From: Minutocellus sp. GHC0000111
Taxonomy: Eukaryota
DNA: 64,000 nucleotides
Direction of reading: 5' to 3'
Assembly: GCA_977018835.1 (NCBI GenBank)
Contig: OZ361260.1
Location: 2,852,001-2,916,000 of the forward strand
Every line of letters begins with the position of its first letter. The stretch's first letter is position 1. A program made the position numbers and the translations under genes. The notes under the pieces were generated by a model. It was not told where the DNA came from. It worked only from the letters and a program-made list of their open reading frames with translations, and did no database searches. Below are positions 14,582 to 25,528 of the stretch, one piece after another.

Positions 14582-15871
14582 TTATGCCTCCTTCTCCATC
14601 GCTTCGAGCTTCTCATAATGCTGCTTCGTCAGGCTGTAAACCAGGACACCACCAATACCCACGGCAGATCCAATAGCAGCCTGCTTGGTCACAGGGTTGT
14701 GGAAAACAAGCACCGACGCCACGATGATGAACACACGCTTCAATGTGTTGCCAACAGCAAGGGTAACGGGGTGGACGTTGCCAAGAGCCAGGTACATAAC
14801 TTCATTGTTCAGGTAGTGGAACAAACCCGAGATAATGATGGCCTTGACCATCTCCATGGCCGTTTTGCCGCTCTCACCTCCGATAGCAGCGGACCAAAGG
14901 CCGGGGAAAGACCTGCCCTCGCCAAGCAAGAAGATGGGGATGGAAATAAGGAACGAGTAGATGGTGACCAGACCGAACAGATTGGTAGACGTAATGTTTT
15001 CGCCCGTCGAGGGGACCATAGCCGACTTGGACACGACCGCACGAAGAGCAAAGGCAAGGTTACTACCCATGGCCGACCAGAAGGCCAACCACGAGAAGGA
15101 AAGCTCCTTGAGACAGGCATACGAGACACCGCCAACGACGGGGATGAGGGATGCATAGACCTGGGGCTTCATGCGCTTGCCAAAGACCACCACAGACACG
15201 GCGGCACTGAAGAAGGGCTCCAGGGCCTTGACAATGTGGGTAAAGCTGACGGGACCAGCGCCGAGACTCATCATGGATAGGAGCTGGCCAGCACTGTGGT
15301 AAAAGCCAACCTTGGTCACCTTCTCTCTTCCTTCCGCGGTAAGCTGAGGAGAAGCACGAATCTTGGTACCCCAAAGGAGCATCGAATAGAGACCACCGAT
15401 GAGCAATTGGATAGATCCGACCGTCAAAGGCGCTGGGAGAACATTCAGCACCTTCTTGTTCAGGACTGAATACATTGATTGTGGTTGATATCAGAAAAGA
15501 GTAAGTAAAAATGTTAGATTGGCATGTGCAACTGACGTGATATGCATACATGTATGCGAAAAGCTGTCCAACTTTGACTTACTGTTGTAGACAATGTTGA
15601 GAGCATACCAGAGACCAAAGTAGAAGCCAACTTTGAGGGTCTGCATGAGACCAGCAGCACCCTCATCATCACCACCTCTCAAGTTGAGAGACACGGCCTT
15701 GCTGTCTTGCCCCTCCGAACGGAGGGCATCATTGAGGACATCCCGACTGTTAGTAGTACCGGCGGATTGACGACGGTGGGTGCCAACGATTGCCGATCTC
15801 GGCATGACGGCAGATGCCGAGGATGCAGAAATGGCCAGGACTGCTGCGACTGATACCAGAGAAAACTTCAT
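14582..15871 (-). CDS. Plastid triose-phosphate/phosphate translocator with N-terminal signal sequence
   Basis: YFGLWYALNIVYN, VSFTHIVKALEPFFSA, HYLNNEVMYLAL.NVHPVTLAVGNTLKRV. Signal peptide MKFSLVSVAAVLAISASSASA. Intron 15466-15582. Confidence 0.92.
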
Positions 15872-16002
15872 ATTGATATTCTGGTGCTTCTTTTGGTTTA
15901 GAGCATTGGTCAAAGGGAAGAAGATTCGATGCCTTCAACTTTGGTAATGCGAAATGCCAAGGAGGCGTGTGACAAGCAGCAAGGCGGATCGAGCGGTCAA
16001 GA

Positions 16003-16050
16003 TTATGAGCCAGGTTATGAGCCAGGTTATGAGCCAGGTTATGAGCCAGG
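16003..16050. repeat. Perfect 12-bp tandem repeat (TTATGAGCCAGG)x4 in a divergent promoter
   Basis: Read directly; lies between the TPT start (15871, -) and the CXC gene start (16227, +). Confidence 0.95.
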
Positions 16051-16226
16051 GTGCCGAATAAGGGGATCAACACAGGGGAACTTCCCGGAAAATTTTTCTA
16101 AAAATTGCAACGAGCGCAGGAACGACGACGACGACGACCGACCGACATAATATCTTGGGTTGCTTTCATTTTGCTATCGCCGCGCCGCGCTACGCAGTCG
16201 CCGTTATCAAGCGATAATTTTTTAAA

Positions 16227-18834
16227 ATGGCCGACGCCGACGAGGGCGTTACGGCCGAATCGCTCGGGAAGCTCGATGGGCCTCAGAGATTCGCCAACAA
16301 CGGCAAGAAGAAGCTGTGCGCCGTGCCCAATTGTCCCAAGTTGAGCGATGGGAGGCGGTCCAACTTCATGTGCCGGTCTCATTACACTACCACCTCTCTC
16401 TACCGGGCGGAGGTCGAGGAAGAACAGAAGGCACGCGAGCAGGAGGCCGCCACCTTGGGCTGCGGAAGTGACGGCGATGGGACCGTCGATGGAGGCGATG
16501 GTGGTGGCGAAGATGAGGAGGAGGAGGGCGGCACCAGCAGTGGGAGACGTTCCCGAAGAAATCGCAAGCCGAGCGCAAAAATTCTTCGATCGGTGGAGAC
16601 AGAGCAGGTGATGAAGAAGGAAATGCAACGGCGGAGGGAGGAGAAGTTTGGTAAAGGAGGCAGCGGAGATGGCAGCTCCAAAGGTACCGGTGGCGGCGGC
16701 GAACGTACTTCGGCTAGGACAACAAGGGTCGACTATTCAGCCCTGGCCGGCGTAAACGATGATTCATCCTATGCAAGTGTTGTGAGTTACAAGAAGACCA
16801 AGGTTGTGGCTGATACTCAAAACGAAGGCGGTGACTATGAAGAAGCCAGTTCCACTGGTGGTTCCAGCGTCGCAGCAAATCCAGCTCGTCCTTCAGTCCC
16901 AAAAACACGTCATATCATTCGAGTGGCTGCCTATCCACCCGCTCCAAAGCCTGCCAAAACTTCTCTGGGACCAGAACCTTCCTATCTCTTTCGCAAGGGT
17001 CCCCTCCCTCCACCATCCCCACCGATCGGGCCGCAAATAGATCCACCGGCCTTTCCATTCCAAAGGCCGATCGCTGTAAATCCTCCGGGGCAGGATCAAT
17101 TCCTGGCCGATACTGGCATATATGCGAATCAGATCCGTCGCAGGGTGCAGGCAGAGGCTGATGCGTCACTCATACTGCCCCTTCCACCTCGAACTGTCGG
17201 TGGAGTTCGGGATCAAGTGGAAAGGACCAAGCAATGCAATTGTAAAAAGAGTGGCTGTCTCAAGCTATATTGCGATGTGAGTATCTGGATTTACTCGTTG
17301 CGCTTGATATGTACCTTCTGTCGGCACGCATCCTTTTTTATCGTTCAGATCCCCCGTCGTCATCAGTACTCTCATCGTGATCGTATTTTTTAAATCATCT
17401 TTCTATCTACCTCTACCCTCCGCACCACACGAAATAACGCAGTGCTTCGCCAATGCTATTCAGTGTACCGACCTGTGCAGTTGTGTCAAGTGCCACAACA
17501 ATGAAGACAGCGTTGAAAACATTCGCGAGAGATCCAAGATTGTTGTGTCGCAACTGGAGCGCAATCCCAATGCTTTCCGTCCCAAGAAGCAGGTTGGTGC
17601 CGCTGTACATGTAGCAGCAGCTGGGGCAGGATCATCCGATGGCGTCGCCACACTGACGGAACCTACTGAAAGCAGGGGCTGCAACTGCAAGAAGAGCCAG
17701 TGTCTGAAGAAGTATTGCGAATGCTTCAGTGCCGCACAGTACTGCAGCTCCAAGACTTGCAAGTGCCGAGATTGTCACAACGTAAAAGGCAATAAAGATC
17801 GGGAGGCGATTATGCAGAGCCGCCTGAAGCGCGCGGAAAAGGATGCCAAGGCTGCCGCCTCCCACGCAAGTGCCCAGAGCGGAAAGAATTCTTCCAAGGA
17901 TGGTAAGAAGGGCGGGGGAATGCCGAAGGGTCTCATGGGAGATCCAGTAGCGGCAGCGGCTCTTGCAGCCGAGGCTGCAGCTGCCGGAGTCGATGTGTTT
18001 ATGCCTCCTTCCGCGTTTGCAGTCCCAATGAAGGTAGGCCTTGGTGGTACTGAGATACCTGGCCTTAGTTTTGGTACCGCTGGATTAAAGTCCAAGTTCA
18101 GGGTTAGTGCAACTGCACACAAGAGGGCGTACGATACTGTAGAGCAGAGCAGAAAGAGGAAGTCTCAATACCCGGCCGAAGACCTCATGAGAATGGAAAC
18201 GGAGTATGAGCGAGACGCTCGGCTCGCCACCATTGGTTTTGAGTCCAAGCTTGATACGATCTACGGGCTGTTGGAACTTGAGAAGAAAACCGATACGAAC
18301 GAGAGTGGAGCTACAAATGAAACTGGAGAGGGACACACTGGGCACATTGGTATTCCCTCCGTCATATCTACCGAATATTTGGGTTTGGAGGGAAAGCGTC
18401 CCAAGCAATCAATCGAATTTGTCAAGGGCGGAGCCAGTCGCATTAAGGAGGCTACAGATCGTGCCCAGCAGCGAGCTCGCAAACTTATAGAGGAAAAGAA
18501 ATCCGCCGTAGCCGCAGAAACATCGCCTGAAACGGGCACTGAAGATGTGGCCATGATGGATGTGGAGGATTCATGTCTTGGTGATTTGATCTGTGGTGAG
18601 ACCATGCCTCAAGCTTCCTCGGAGGCTGCGCTACGGGGAGGGGAGAAAGCTACATCGGCAGAGGATGAACTTTTTGTCCTTGCAACTCAAGATGCTGCTC
18701 TTTTGCGCGAGTTGGGTCGAATTGCACGAGAAAAGGCTCTCGAGATGGGAGCTGAGCGCATCAAACAAGCCGCATCAACAGCTGGGCGCTGTCACTCTGC
18801 CGCCGAGGCTATTGTGAAAGGAGGTTTCAATTAA
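16227..18834 (+). CDS. Tesmin/TSO1/LIN54-like CXC (CRC) domain protein
   Basis: CNCKKSGCLKLYC|DCF...C.C..CHN, linker RNPNAFRPK, second CNCKKSQCLKKYCECF. Intron 17277-17442. Extra N-terminal C..C...C..H motif. Confidence 0.9.
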
Positions 18835-18989
18835 ATATGCCTGTATCATCTCGATTAAGTTTAGTTGAGTTGGAAGAGATTTATGAAATTTTGCAATTGC
18901 CAAGATCCGCTAACCTTAGACACTCTTATGAGAAACCCTCCCATTGAAAGATGAGAAAATTTTATAAATAATGAGGGTGGAGTTATCAT

Positions 18990-20180
18990 TCATCTTCTTG
19001 GCCCACGAGGTTGCTTGTTTGGCTCCTTATTTTCATAGTACTGCCTCGCAAGCGAATATGCAAGCACCCCTAATAGGCCAATGGAAGAACCAATGCCTGC
19101 CTGAAGACTCAAAGGGGTGTGAAATACCACAACGGACGCGATCAAGAGAAATACGCGTTTCATAGTATTGCCGACCGCAAGGGTGACAGGATGCACATTG
19201 CTCAGAGCTAGATACATGACTTCATTGTTTGTGTAATGCGTGATCCCAGAAACCAAAATGCGCCAAACCAATGCCATGGTTGACATGCTGCGCAATGCTT
19301 CTCTCCATAATCCAGGTAACGACGTCAACTCAAATACCAGAGCCGGGAGCAGTGAAAGTAAGAATGACCACAGTGTTACTGCTCCGTATAAATTTGCCGC
19401 CGTCACGTTGTCTCCAATGTATTCTTCCATGCCAGCCTTGGAGTAGACAGCTCTTAATGCAAAGGCTACGTTGCTTCCAAGGCCAGCGAGGAGGGCAGTC
19501 AGCGAAAAGGAGGCATCATTCAGGCAGGCATATGCCACTCCACCAACAACCGGTAAAAGGGTGGCATAAACTTGCGGCTTCATCCACCTTTGAAAGATAA
19601 TGGCACTCACTGCCGCGCTGAAGAATGGCTCGGAAGCCTTGACAATATGTGCAAAACTTACAGTCCCAGCTCCCAGCGCTGTGACTGTTAGAATTTGACC
19701 CGACATGTGACACACCCCCACTCGCTTCACAATCTCCTTTCCCCCGGGAGTTAGACGAGGCATTGGTCGGATCTGCAGAAACCAAATGGCACCCACGTAC
19801 ATTGCACCTATTCCGAGCTGTATGGAAGCCACCGTCAACGGAAGAGGTAGAACATTCAGCACCTTCTTGTTCGAGATGTTGTAGAGAATGTTGAGAGCAT
19901 ACCACAAACCAAAGTAAAAGGCAACTTTGAGTCGATGCATCAACCCATCCCCGCTGTCGCTTTTGTTTGCATTTTTTCTCTCAAGGCTTCTCCCGGGACT
20001 GCTGGTGCTGCTATTTCTGTTGGGATGCAATGACACTGCCTCGTTGTCTGCGAAGGAATCGTCAGCATGATTTTGCCCACCATCCGAAGACGCTTCAAGG
20101 TCAGATGCCGCTTGTGGATGAGGCCGTCGGTGCGGTTGATACTGATTCTGACTTTCTTGGGCTCCGGAGGCGGAGAGCAT
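18990..20180 (-). CDS. Second triose-phosphate/phosphate translocator, intronless, no evident signal peptide
   Basis: YFGLWYALNILYN, VSFAHIVKASEPFFSA, HYTNNEVMYLALSNVHPVTLAVGNTMKRV. Hydrophilic N-terminus; start either 20180 or 20309. Confidence 0.9.
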   Translation of the reverse strand: MLSASGAQESQNQYQPHRRPHPQAASDLEASSDGGQNHADDSFADNEAVSLHPNRNSSTSSPGRSLERKNANKSDSGDGLMHRLKVAFYFGLWYALNILYNISNKKVLNVLPLPLTVASIQLGIGAMYVGAIWFLQIRPMPRLTPGGKEIVKRVGVCHMSGQILTVTALGAGTVSFAHIVKASEPFFSAAVSAIIFQRWMKPQVYATLLPVVGGVAYACLNDASFSLTALLAGLGSNVAFALRAVYSKAGMEEYIGDNVTAANLYGAVTLWSFLLSLLPALVFELTSLPGLWREALRSMSTMALVWRILVSGITHYTNNEVMYLALSNVHPVTLAVGNTMKRVFLLIASVVVFHTPLSLQAGIGSSIGLLGVLAYSLARQYYENKEPNKQPRGPRR

Positions 20181-20444
20181 GGTCACTTTGCAACTTGAGA
20201 TGCGTTTTGATCTGTACCAGCTACGTATTTTTAGAATAGGCACATTAGGCGAGTATCGACATATCAATGTGGTCGCCGTTTCGCCGTTGTCATTGCTGCC
20301 AACCAGCATGGTTGCATGGTTGCCTGCGCTTGTTTGCCGGACGAAGATGGGAGATTGGTACTCACTTTAGCGGCGGACAGACGAAATTGTGAACTGCTTC
20401 AATTTTCCGGGCACAAAAGATACGAAGAACTGCCAATCAGAACC

Positions 20445-22405
20445 ATGTTGGCCGCCCGATCGACCGCCGCTGTGGCGCGGTCTGCGTCCACCAAAACGAT
20501 ACTGCCATGCCTCTCGGCCGTGAATGCCGCCCCCGCAACCAGCGGCGCCCGGCTCCTTTCCGGCAGCGCCGAACCCAAGAAGTCCCTTGTGGCCGGAGAA
20601 GAAGGTGTGCATCAGACCATGAAAGTCAGCAAGGCATGGCGGAACAAGCCCCTCTTCCGCCGTCAGGGAGATGTCCGGTTCAAGACCGGCCTCGAGGCGG
20701 CCAACCTCCTCGTCGCCGAGGCCAAACGCCGCGATGCGCACGAGACCAACTTTATCAAGAACGTCGAGTCCACCATGAGCTGCCTCAGCCCGGTAAGTAG
20801 GTAACGAACTGTTGAAACGGATCTCTGAAGTACGCTTCGTGCACAGGCAGTTTCGCTCAGTGGAATTCTCAAGGAGGAATTGCTGGGCTGAGCCCTCGCG
20901 TTGAATGTTTTCAGCTCATACTGTGGCTCTGCTGGTGCTTTACGTGGTCTTTCATTCTTCACTTACAATAATCCACATCATGCCATGCTTCTCCAACTCC
21001 TCGCGATCCTTGGTCGGCATTTTCGTCGCTGCACTGCTTGCTTGCCGGTATCGATACCAATAAATAAATATTGCTGCAAACTCAATCGCAACGTCGATAG
21101 ATCTTTGAGCGCAACCCTCGTTACGCCTTTGTGGCCAAGCAACTCATGGAACCGGAACGTTTCATCCAGTTCCGTGTGGCTTGGATTGATGACCTCGGAT
21201 CGCCTCGGATGAACCGCGGAAATCGCATCCAGTACTCGTCGTCCATCGGCCCCTACGAGGGTGCGATCCACCTCGGCCATCACGTGAACTCGGACGTCAT
21301 CAAAGCATTCGGCTTCGACTCCGTCTTTGCCAATGCCGTGACCGGATTCGACGTCGGGGCGGCCGTTGGTGGTGCCGACATCAACCCTTACGACAAATCC
21401 GAGGCCGAGATCCAAAGGTTCTGCCAGTCCTACATGACCGAGCTGGCCAAATACGTCGGACCTGACCTCGATCAGCCCACCATGGGCATGGGCGTCGGCG
21501 AAAAGGAGGTGGGCTACCTCTTTGGACAGTACAAGCGCATCAACATCAAGAGTAGCTCGGGAGGCAACCCCTTCCTCTCGGCGCGAAATGTCAAGGTGAG
21601 TTATGAGTTATTCGTGTGGATGGGTGTTGTTTGTCCCATCCATATGATGAAATATTGTCTCAACAATCCCAAATGATTGATATCTTATCATATTTATTTT
21701 GCATTGTATTCGAAGGCACCTGGATTCGGTGTAGTTCACTTTGCTAACGAAATGCTCAAGGACCGTGGTGATTCTCTGGAGGGCAAGCGTTGTCTGATCG
21801 TCGGTTCCGGCAAGGTGGCCCGAAGCGTCGCCGAGAAATTGATCGAATTCGGTGCCATCCCCATCACCTTCTCCGATGCGTCTGGTCACGTGTACGAGCC
21901 CGACGGCATTGACACCGGCAGGCTTAACACCATCAACAAGATCAAGGACGAGCGCGGTGCCCTCCTTGGTCGGTACATCATCGCCTCGACGACGGCCCAG
22001 TTCAACGATGCGGAATCCGTGTTTGATATTCCCTGCGATCTGTGCTTCCCCTGTGCCGGTATGGGCGACATTGACGAGGCCACCGTTGGCAAGCTGGCCG
22101 ACAACGGGTGCAAGGGCATTATTGAGGGTGGACAAATGACGGTAACGCCCGAGGCGCGCAAGACATTGAAGAAGCGCGGTGTGATGTACGGGCCCAGCAC
22201 TCTGACACTGACGGGTAATTCCATAGTCTATGCCTTGGGCAAGACCGTGACGGACGAGATGATGGCCGAGGAGATTAGTCGGATCTATTCGGACGTGAAG
22301 CTTACGGCGCAGGAATTCAATCAACGTGGCGATTTGTTTGCCGGCGCCAACATTGCCGGTTTCCTCCGAGTGGCCAATGTGATGCTCAATCATGGTGCAG
22401 TCTAA
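20445..22405 (+). CDS. NADP-type glutamate dehydrogenase-like protein, probably mitochondrial, catalytic residues substituted
   Basis: EPER.IQFRV.W.DD, NRG.RIQYSS.IGPY, SEAEIQRFCQSYMTEL.KYVGPD.D, GYLFGQYKR, GANIAGF.RVA. Introns 20793-21100 and 21596-21715. R/A/S-rich presequence MLAARSTAAVARSAS. Confidence 0.85.
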
Positions 22406-22934
22406 GACTGCAATACTGTGATGTGGGTGATAGGGTGATATGTAGATCTACACAAATTTCAAGACTGATTCAAGAATTAAGAGGAAGCAAGAGAGCAGAG
22501 AGGATGGACTGACTGTGATCCGGTGGTGGTGGTGTGAATGCGACAATTAAAGCGCGTTTCGAGATGCATGGACTTTAAAAAATCATATAGATCTAAATGT
22601 TTCTTGTTACACATCATGTATGAGGGTAAACATCGGTATAACCTCCTCTTCGTGCCAGTGGGTACAGGTAGATCTACATGTAGACGCCTCTACGGTAGTT
22701 CGATCTACCGTTTAGATCTACATGTACGAAGTCCGTTTCGCGAGAAATCGAGCGCAGGGTCGGGACCAAAACAGCGACTTTTTGGGCCCGCAACCGCCTG
22801 AATCTTAGATCTACCGGCATTGAATACATGTACAATGCAAAGTACATGTACCTAGGTATTGCAGCAGCTAGTATCCAGATCTACAATCCAATCTAGTATT
22901 ATTAAACACAATATAACTTAAATGCACCGCAGGA

Positions 22935-24239
22935 CTAATTATCCATGGTTGGATCAGCAGGAGGAGGAGCGATAATTTTCCCATCTATCCGAACCATGCC
23001 ATTTTCAGTCGGCCTGAAATCCTTTCGCACCCCAACATGAATGCCTTCACCGTTTCCAAGAAAATCATTGTTGCCTTTTGCAACGATTACCTTCTTTGCA
23101 ATTCTATGAGCCTGGATGTATGCCGATGCGATCTTCCAGTTTTCCAGCCCCATCCAAACTTCCTCCGCTGCATCCCAAGTCTGATCCTCTGTCAAAACCT
23201 TCAGCCCCTCCCGATCGCGGCACAACATTGTATGCTGCTTTGACATGCAAGGGAAAACAGACAGATCAAGAACATTCATATGGGGCATTTGCGGGGCCTG
23301 AGGTTCCCAACGCCATCCCTTGTCCCGACAGTATCCTTCCACATATTCCACAAATTCAGTCTCGGCATGGGGCCCAGCATTGTCGCCCTGGAAAATAGGG
23401 ACATAGCCTTCAAACTTTCCGCCAGGTCCGACCAAAGCCTCAACATCCGGAAATATCTTGTTCTCAAACAAAGCTTTCAGTGGGAACTTGGGATTATCAA
23501 GGGTGCCATGGCTGCATCCAGTCACCGCGCAATCCACAAGGTATAGATCGTCTTTCTTCCGAACCACCGGGCCGCAATATTTGATTCTACCATCTGCCTG
23601 CCGCACCGCCTCCCTTACCATCTGCCTCGCAATTTTATGCGCCTGAGCCCGAAAAAGTCCAAGCTTGAACGCAATGCCGCCATTCTCAATGCTGTCAATA
23701 AAAGCCAAGGCAGTGACAGCCACCACCATGCACTTGTTGATGTGATTTCGGTGATATGCCGAGAAGGACCGAGGATCAATACCCAATTCTGCAACTTGCT
23801 TGGCATACGATCGAAGAACAAAGCCCCAAAACCACTTCTCATCGAACATAACAAGGAGAAACTTGCCACCGCCGAGCCCCCAATTGTTTCGGAATTTCCG
23901 CGCAAATGCCAAATGTTTCTCCATCTGATGTGTAGTAAGGAGAGGGATGATCCTTTCGGCATAGTACCGGAACCCTTCCCGCGACATTATCCACCGCCGT
24001 ATTGCCGAGTAGGAACACCAAAAGTTGACATCCACCTCCAGCTCCCGCCAAGATTCCCGAGGATTTCGTATCAGAGCATCAACAACAACATATCGAATGT
24101 ATGGCTGCATAGCCAGATGAGATCTCCTCTTCATCTCCCACATCGCCTTCTCAGATGCAGGTAGAGCACCATACGCCTTCATCCATCCCGAAAATCGTGC
24201 ACCATGCTCTGCGCTGGACAGCACCGAATAGTCCACCAT
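22935..24239 (-). CDS. Mariner-like transposase, DD38D
   Basis: MFDEKWF (D1), FQGDNAGPH (D2), QAPQMPHMNVLDLSVF (D3), linker IPLLT. First in-frame ATG at 24239; the frame stays open to ~24476. Confidence 0.88.
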   Translation of the reverse strand: MVDYSVLSSAEHGARFSGWMKAYGALPASEKAMWEMKRRSHLAMQPYIRYVVVDALIRNPRESWRELEVDVNFWCSYSAIRRWIMSREGFRYYAERIIPLLTTHQMEKHLAFARKFRNNWGLGGGKFLLVMFDEKWFWGFVLRSYAKQVAELGIDPRSFSAYHRNHINKCMVVAVTALAFIDSIENGGIAFKLGLFRAQAHKIARQMVREAVRQADGRIKYCGPVVRKKDDLYLVDCAVTGCSHGTLDNPKFPLKALFENKIFPDVEALVGPGGKFEGYVPIFQGDNAGPHAETEFVEYVEGYCRDKGWRWEPQAPQMPHMNVLDLSVFPCMSKQHTMLCRDREGLKVLTEDQTWDAAEEVWMGLENWKIASAYIQAHRIAKKVIVAKGNNDFLGNGEGIHVGVRKDFRPTENGMVRIDGKIIAPPPADPTMDN

Positions 24240-24407
24240 TGCCTGCTCCCTGCACTTGGCAATTGCAAAGAGACATGGTGCAGTATACCGCCGGGTCGCC
24301 GTTGCAAGATCGTCGATGACAGAACGGAAGGCGGCCGAATCAGATGAATCATCGGCACTCGTTGGGAAGCAGTATACCGGTCCAAGTATGCCGATCGCGT
24401 CATCGAA

Positions 24408-24713
24408 ATGCTCAGCTTCGACTTCCGCCCGAGACACAAATGGATTGAACACATGCTCACCGCTCTGTCTTGGCCATCATCATTGACCAGGAGAAAACTC
24501 TCAAAGATTGACGGGCCCGAGGATTTTGAGAAGCACATGCTCCTCAATGTCGTCAGTCGACTCGTCTGCCGGGCGATAAGGGCCGAGAACATGCCCCTCG
24601 ACATGGATGATGTCGTGGCAATAACTGAATCGGTGTACGACAAGGCCGCGGAGATGTTCCACTCCTCAGTTACCTTCATCTACAAGTTCAACGGCGTGAA
24701 GCGGGGGAGCTAA
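24408..24713 (+). CDS. Possible second, divergently oriented ORF inside the transposon (101 aa)
   Basis: ATG-initiated ORF with coding-like codon usage, located between the transposase start and the right TIR. No family recognised. Confidence 0.3.
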   Translation: MLSFDFRPRHKWIEHMLTALSWPSSLTRRKLSKIDGPEDFEKHMLLNVVSRLVCRAIRAENMPLDMDDVVAITESVYDKAAEMFHSSVTFIYKFNGVKRGS

Positions 24714-25171
24714 AGAAGCTCAAGCTCATCCCGGATTGGCTGTGGTGCGAGATCCGGGACGAATGCATCGTACTGCCGATCCGAGGCGAGTATCATGCCA
24801 TCGTTCAAGATGAAGACGAGATGGAGGCCGAACCGTCGCGTCGCGTCGCACGAACGCGTCCATTTGATTAGAGCCGCTGAAATCTAAAGTCTTATCCGAA
24901 TTATTGTTTCACATGAAGATAAATCAAAATTAGAGTTAAAAAAGCCATTTTCTTAAATATTTCAGCATGACTATTCTTCGAGGCGCTTTTCAATCCCCTC
25001 GAAAGCAGTCAAAAACCGGGCGCTCGATTTCTCGCGAATCTGACCTCGTAGATGATTCGTGACGCCCATCCTCCATTTGATCATGAGGAGCGCACTGCGC
25101 TTGACGTGATGATGAGCTCATCATCGCGTCACAGAACCCCTGCCCGCGCCGCGGCCGCCCTCGCCTCCGTT

Positions 25172-25209
25172 CCTACGTAGCTACGTACCTAGGTACGTAG
25201 CTACGTAGG
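25172..25209. repeat. Perfect 38-bp palindrome CCTACGTAGCTACGTACCTAGGTACGTAGCTACGTAGG
   Basis: Identical to its own reverse complement. Confidence 0.95.
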
Positions 25210-25528
25210 TTCGGCCATCGGCCATCAGGCCCTTTTTGCTCATCATCAATTCCGGGAGAATTTTGCATGGGTTTCGTTCGCGCACCCCAAAGTTTTCTGT
25301 AACGTAATCATGTCGTCAGGTATTTTGGTGCTTGTTTTGCTTTGCTTGCCCGCCGGCGCGCGCCCGCCGACGATGATGGCTGCCACTTGATGATCACATG
25401 GTTGCCGCGTTGGTGCCGAACGTTGCAGTGGTATCGCCATACTAGCTAGGGCTAGTAGCTGTATCTGCACTACTTAGAGCCGCCGTTCAGTGGGAGCCTC
25501 TTCTCGATCGCGTTGTACTTTTCGCACC

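Larger units (their letters stand above)
22727..25048 (-). mobile_element. Full-length Tc1/mariner (ITm) DNA transposon
   Basis: 29-bp TIRs with 3 mismatches (22727-22755 CGAAGTCCGTTTCGCGAGAAATCGAGCGC and 25020-25048). TA on both flanks (22725-26, 25049-50). Internal DDD transposase. Confidence 0.92.

Noticed and set aside
14420..15280. 286-aa + strand ORF; likewise 11596-12651 and 21608-22393 on the - strand
   Set aside because: Antisense to well-supported genes.
16003..16050. Possible CRISPR-like array
   Set aside because: Head-to-tail 12-mers with no spacers, no cas genes, eukaryotic context.
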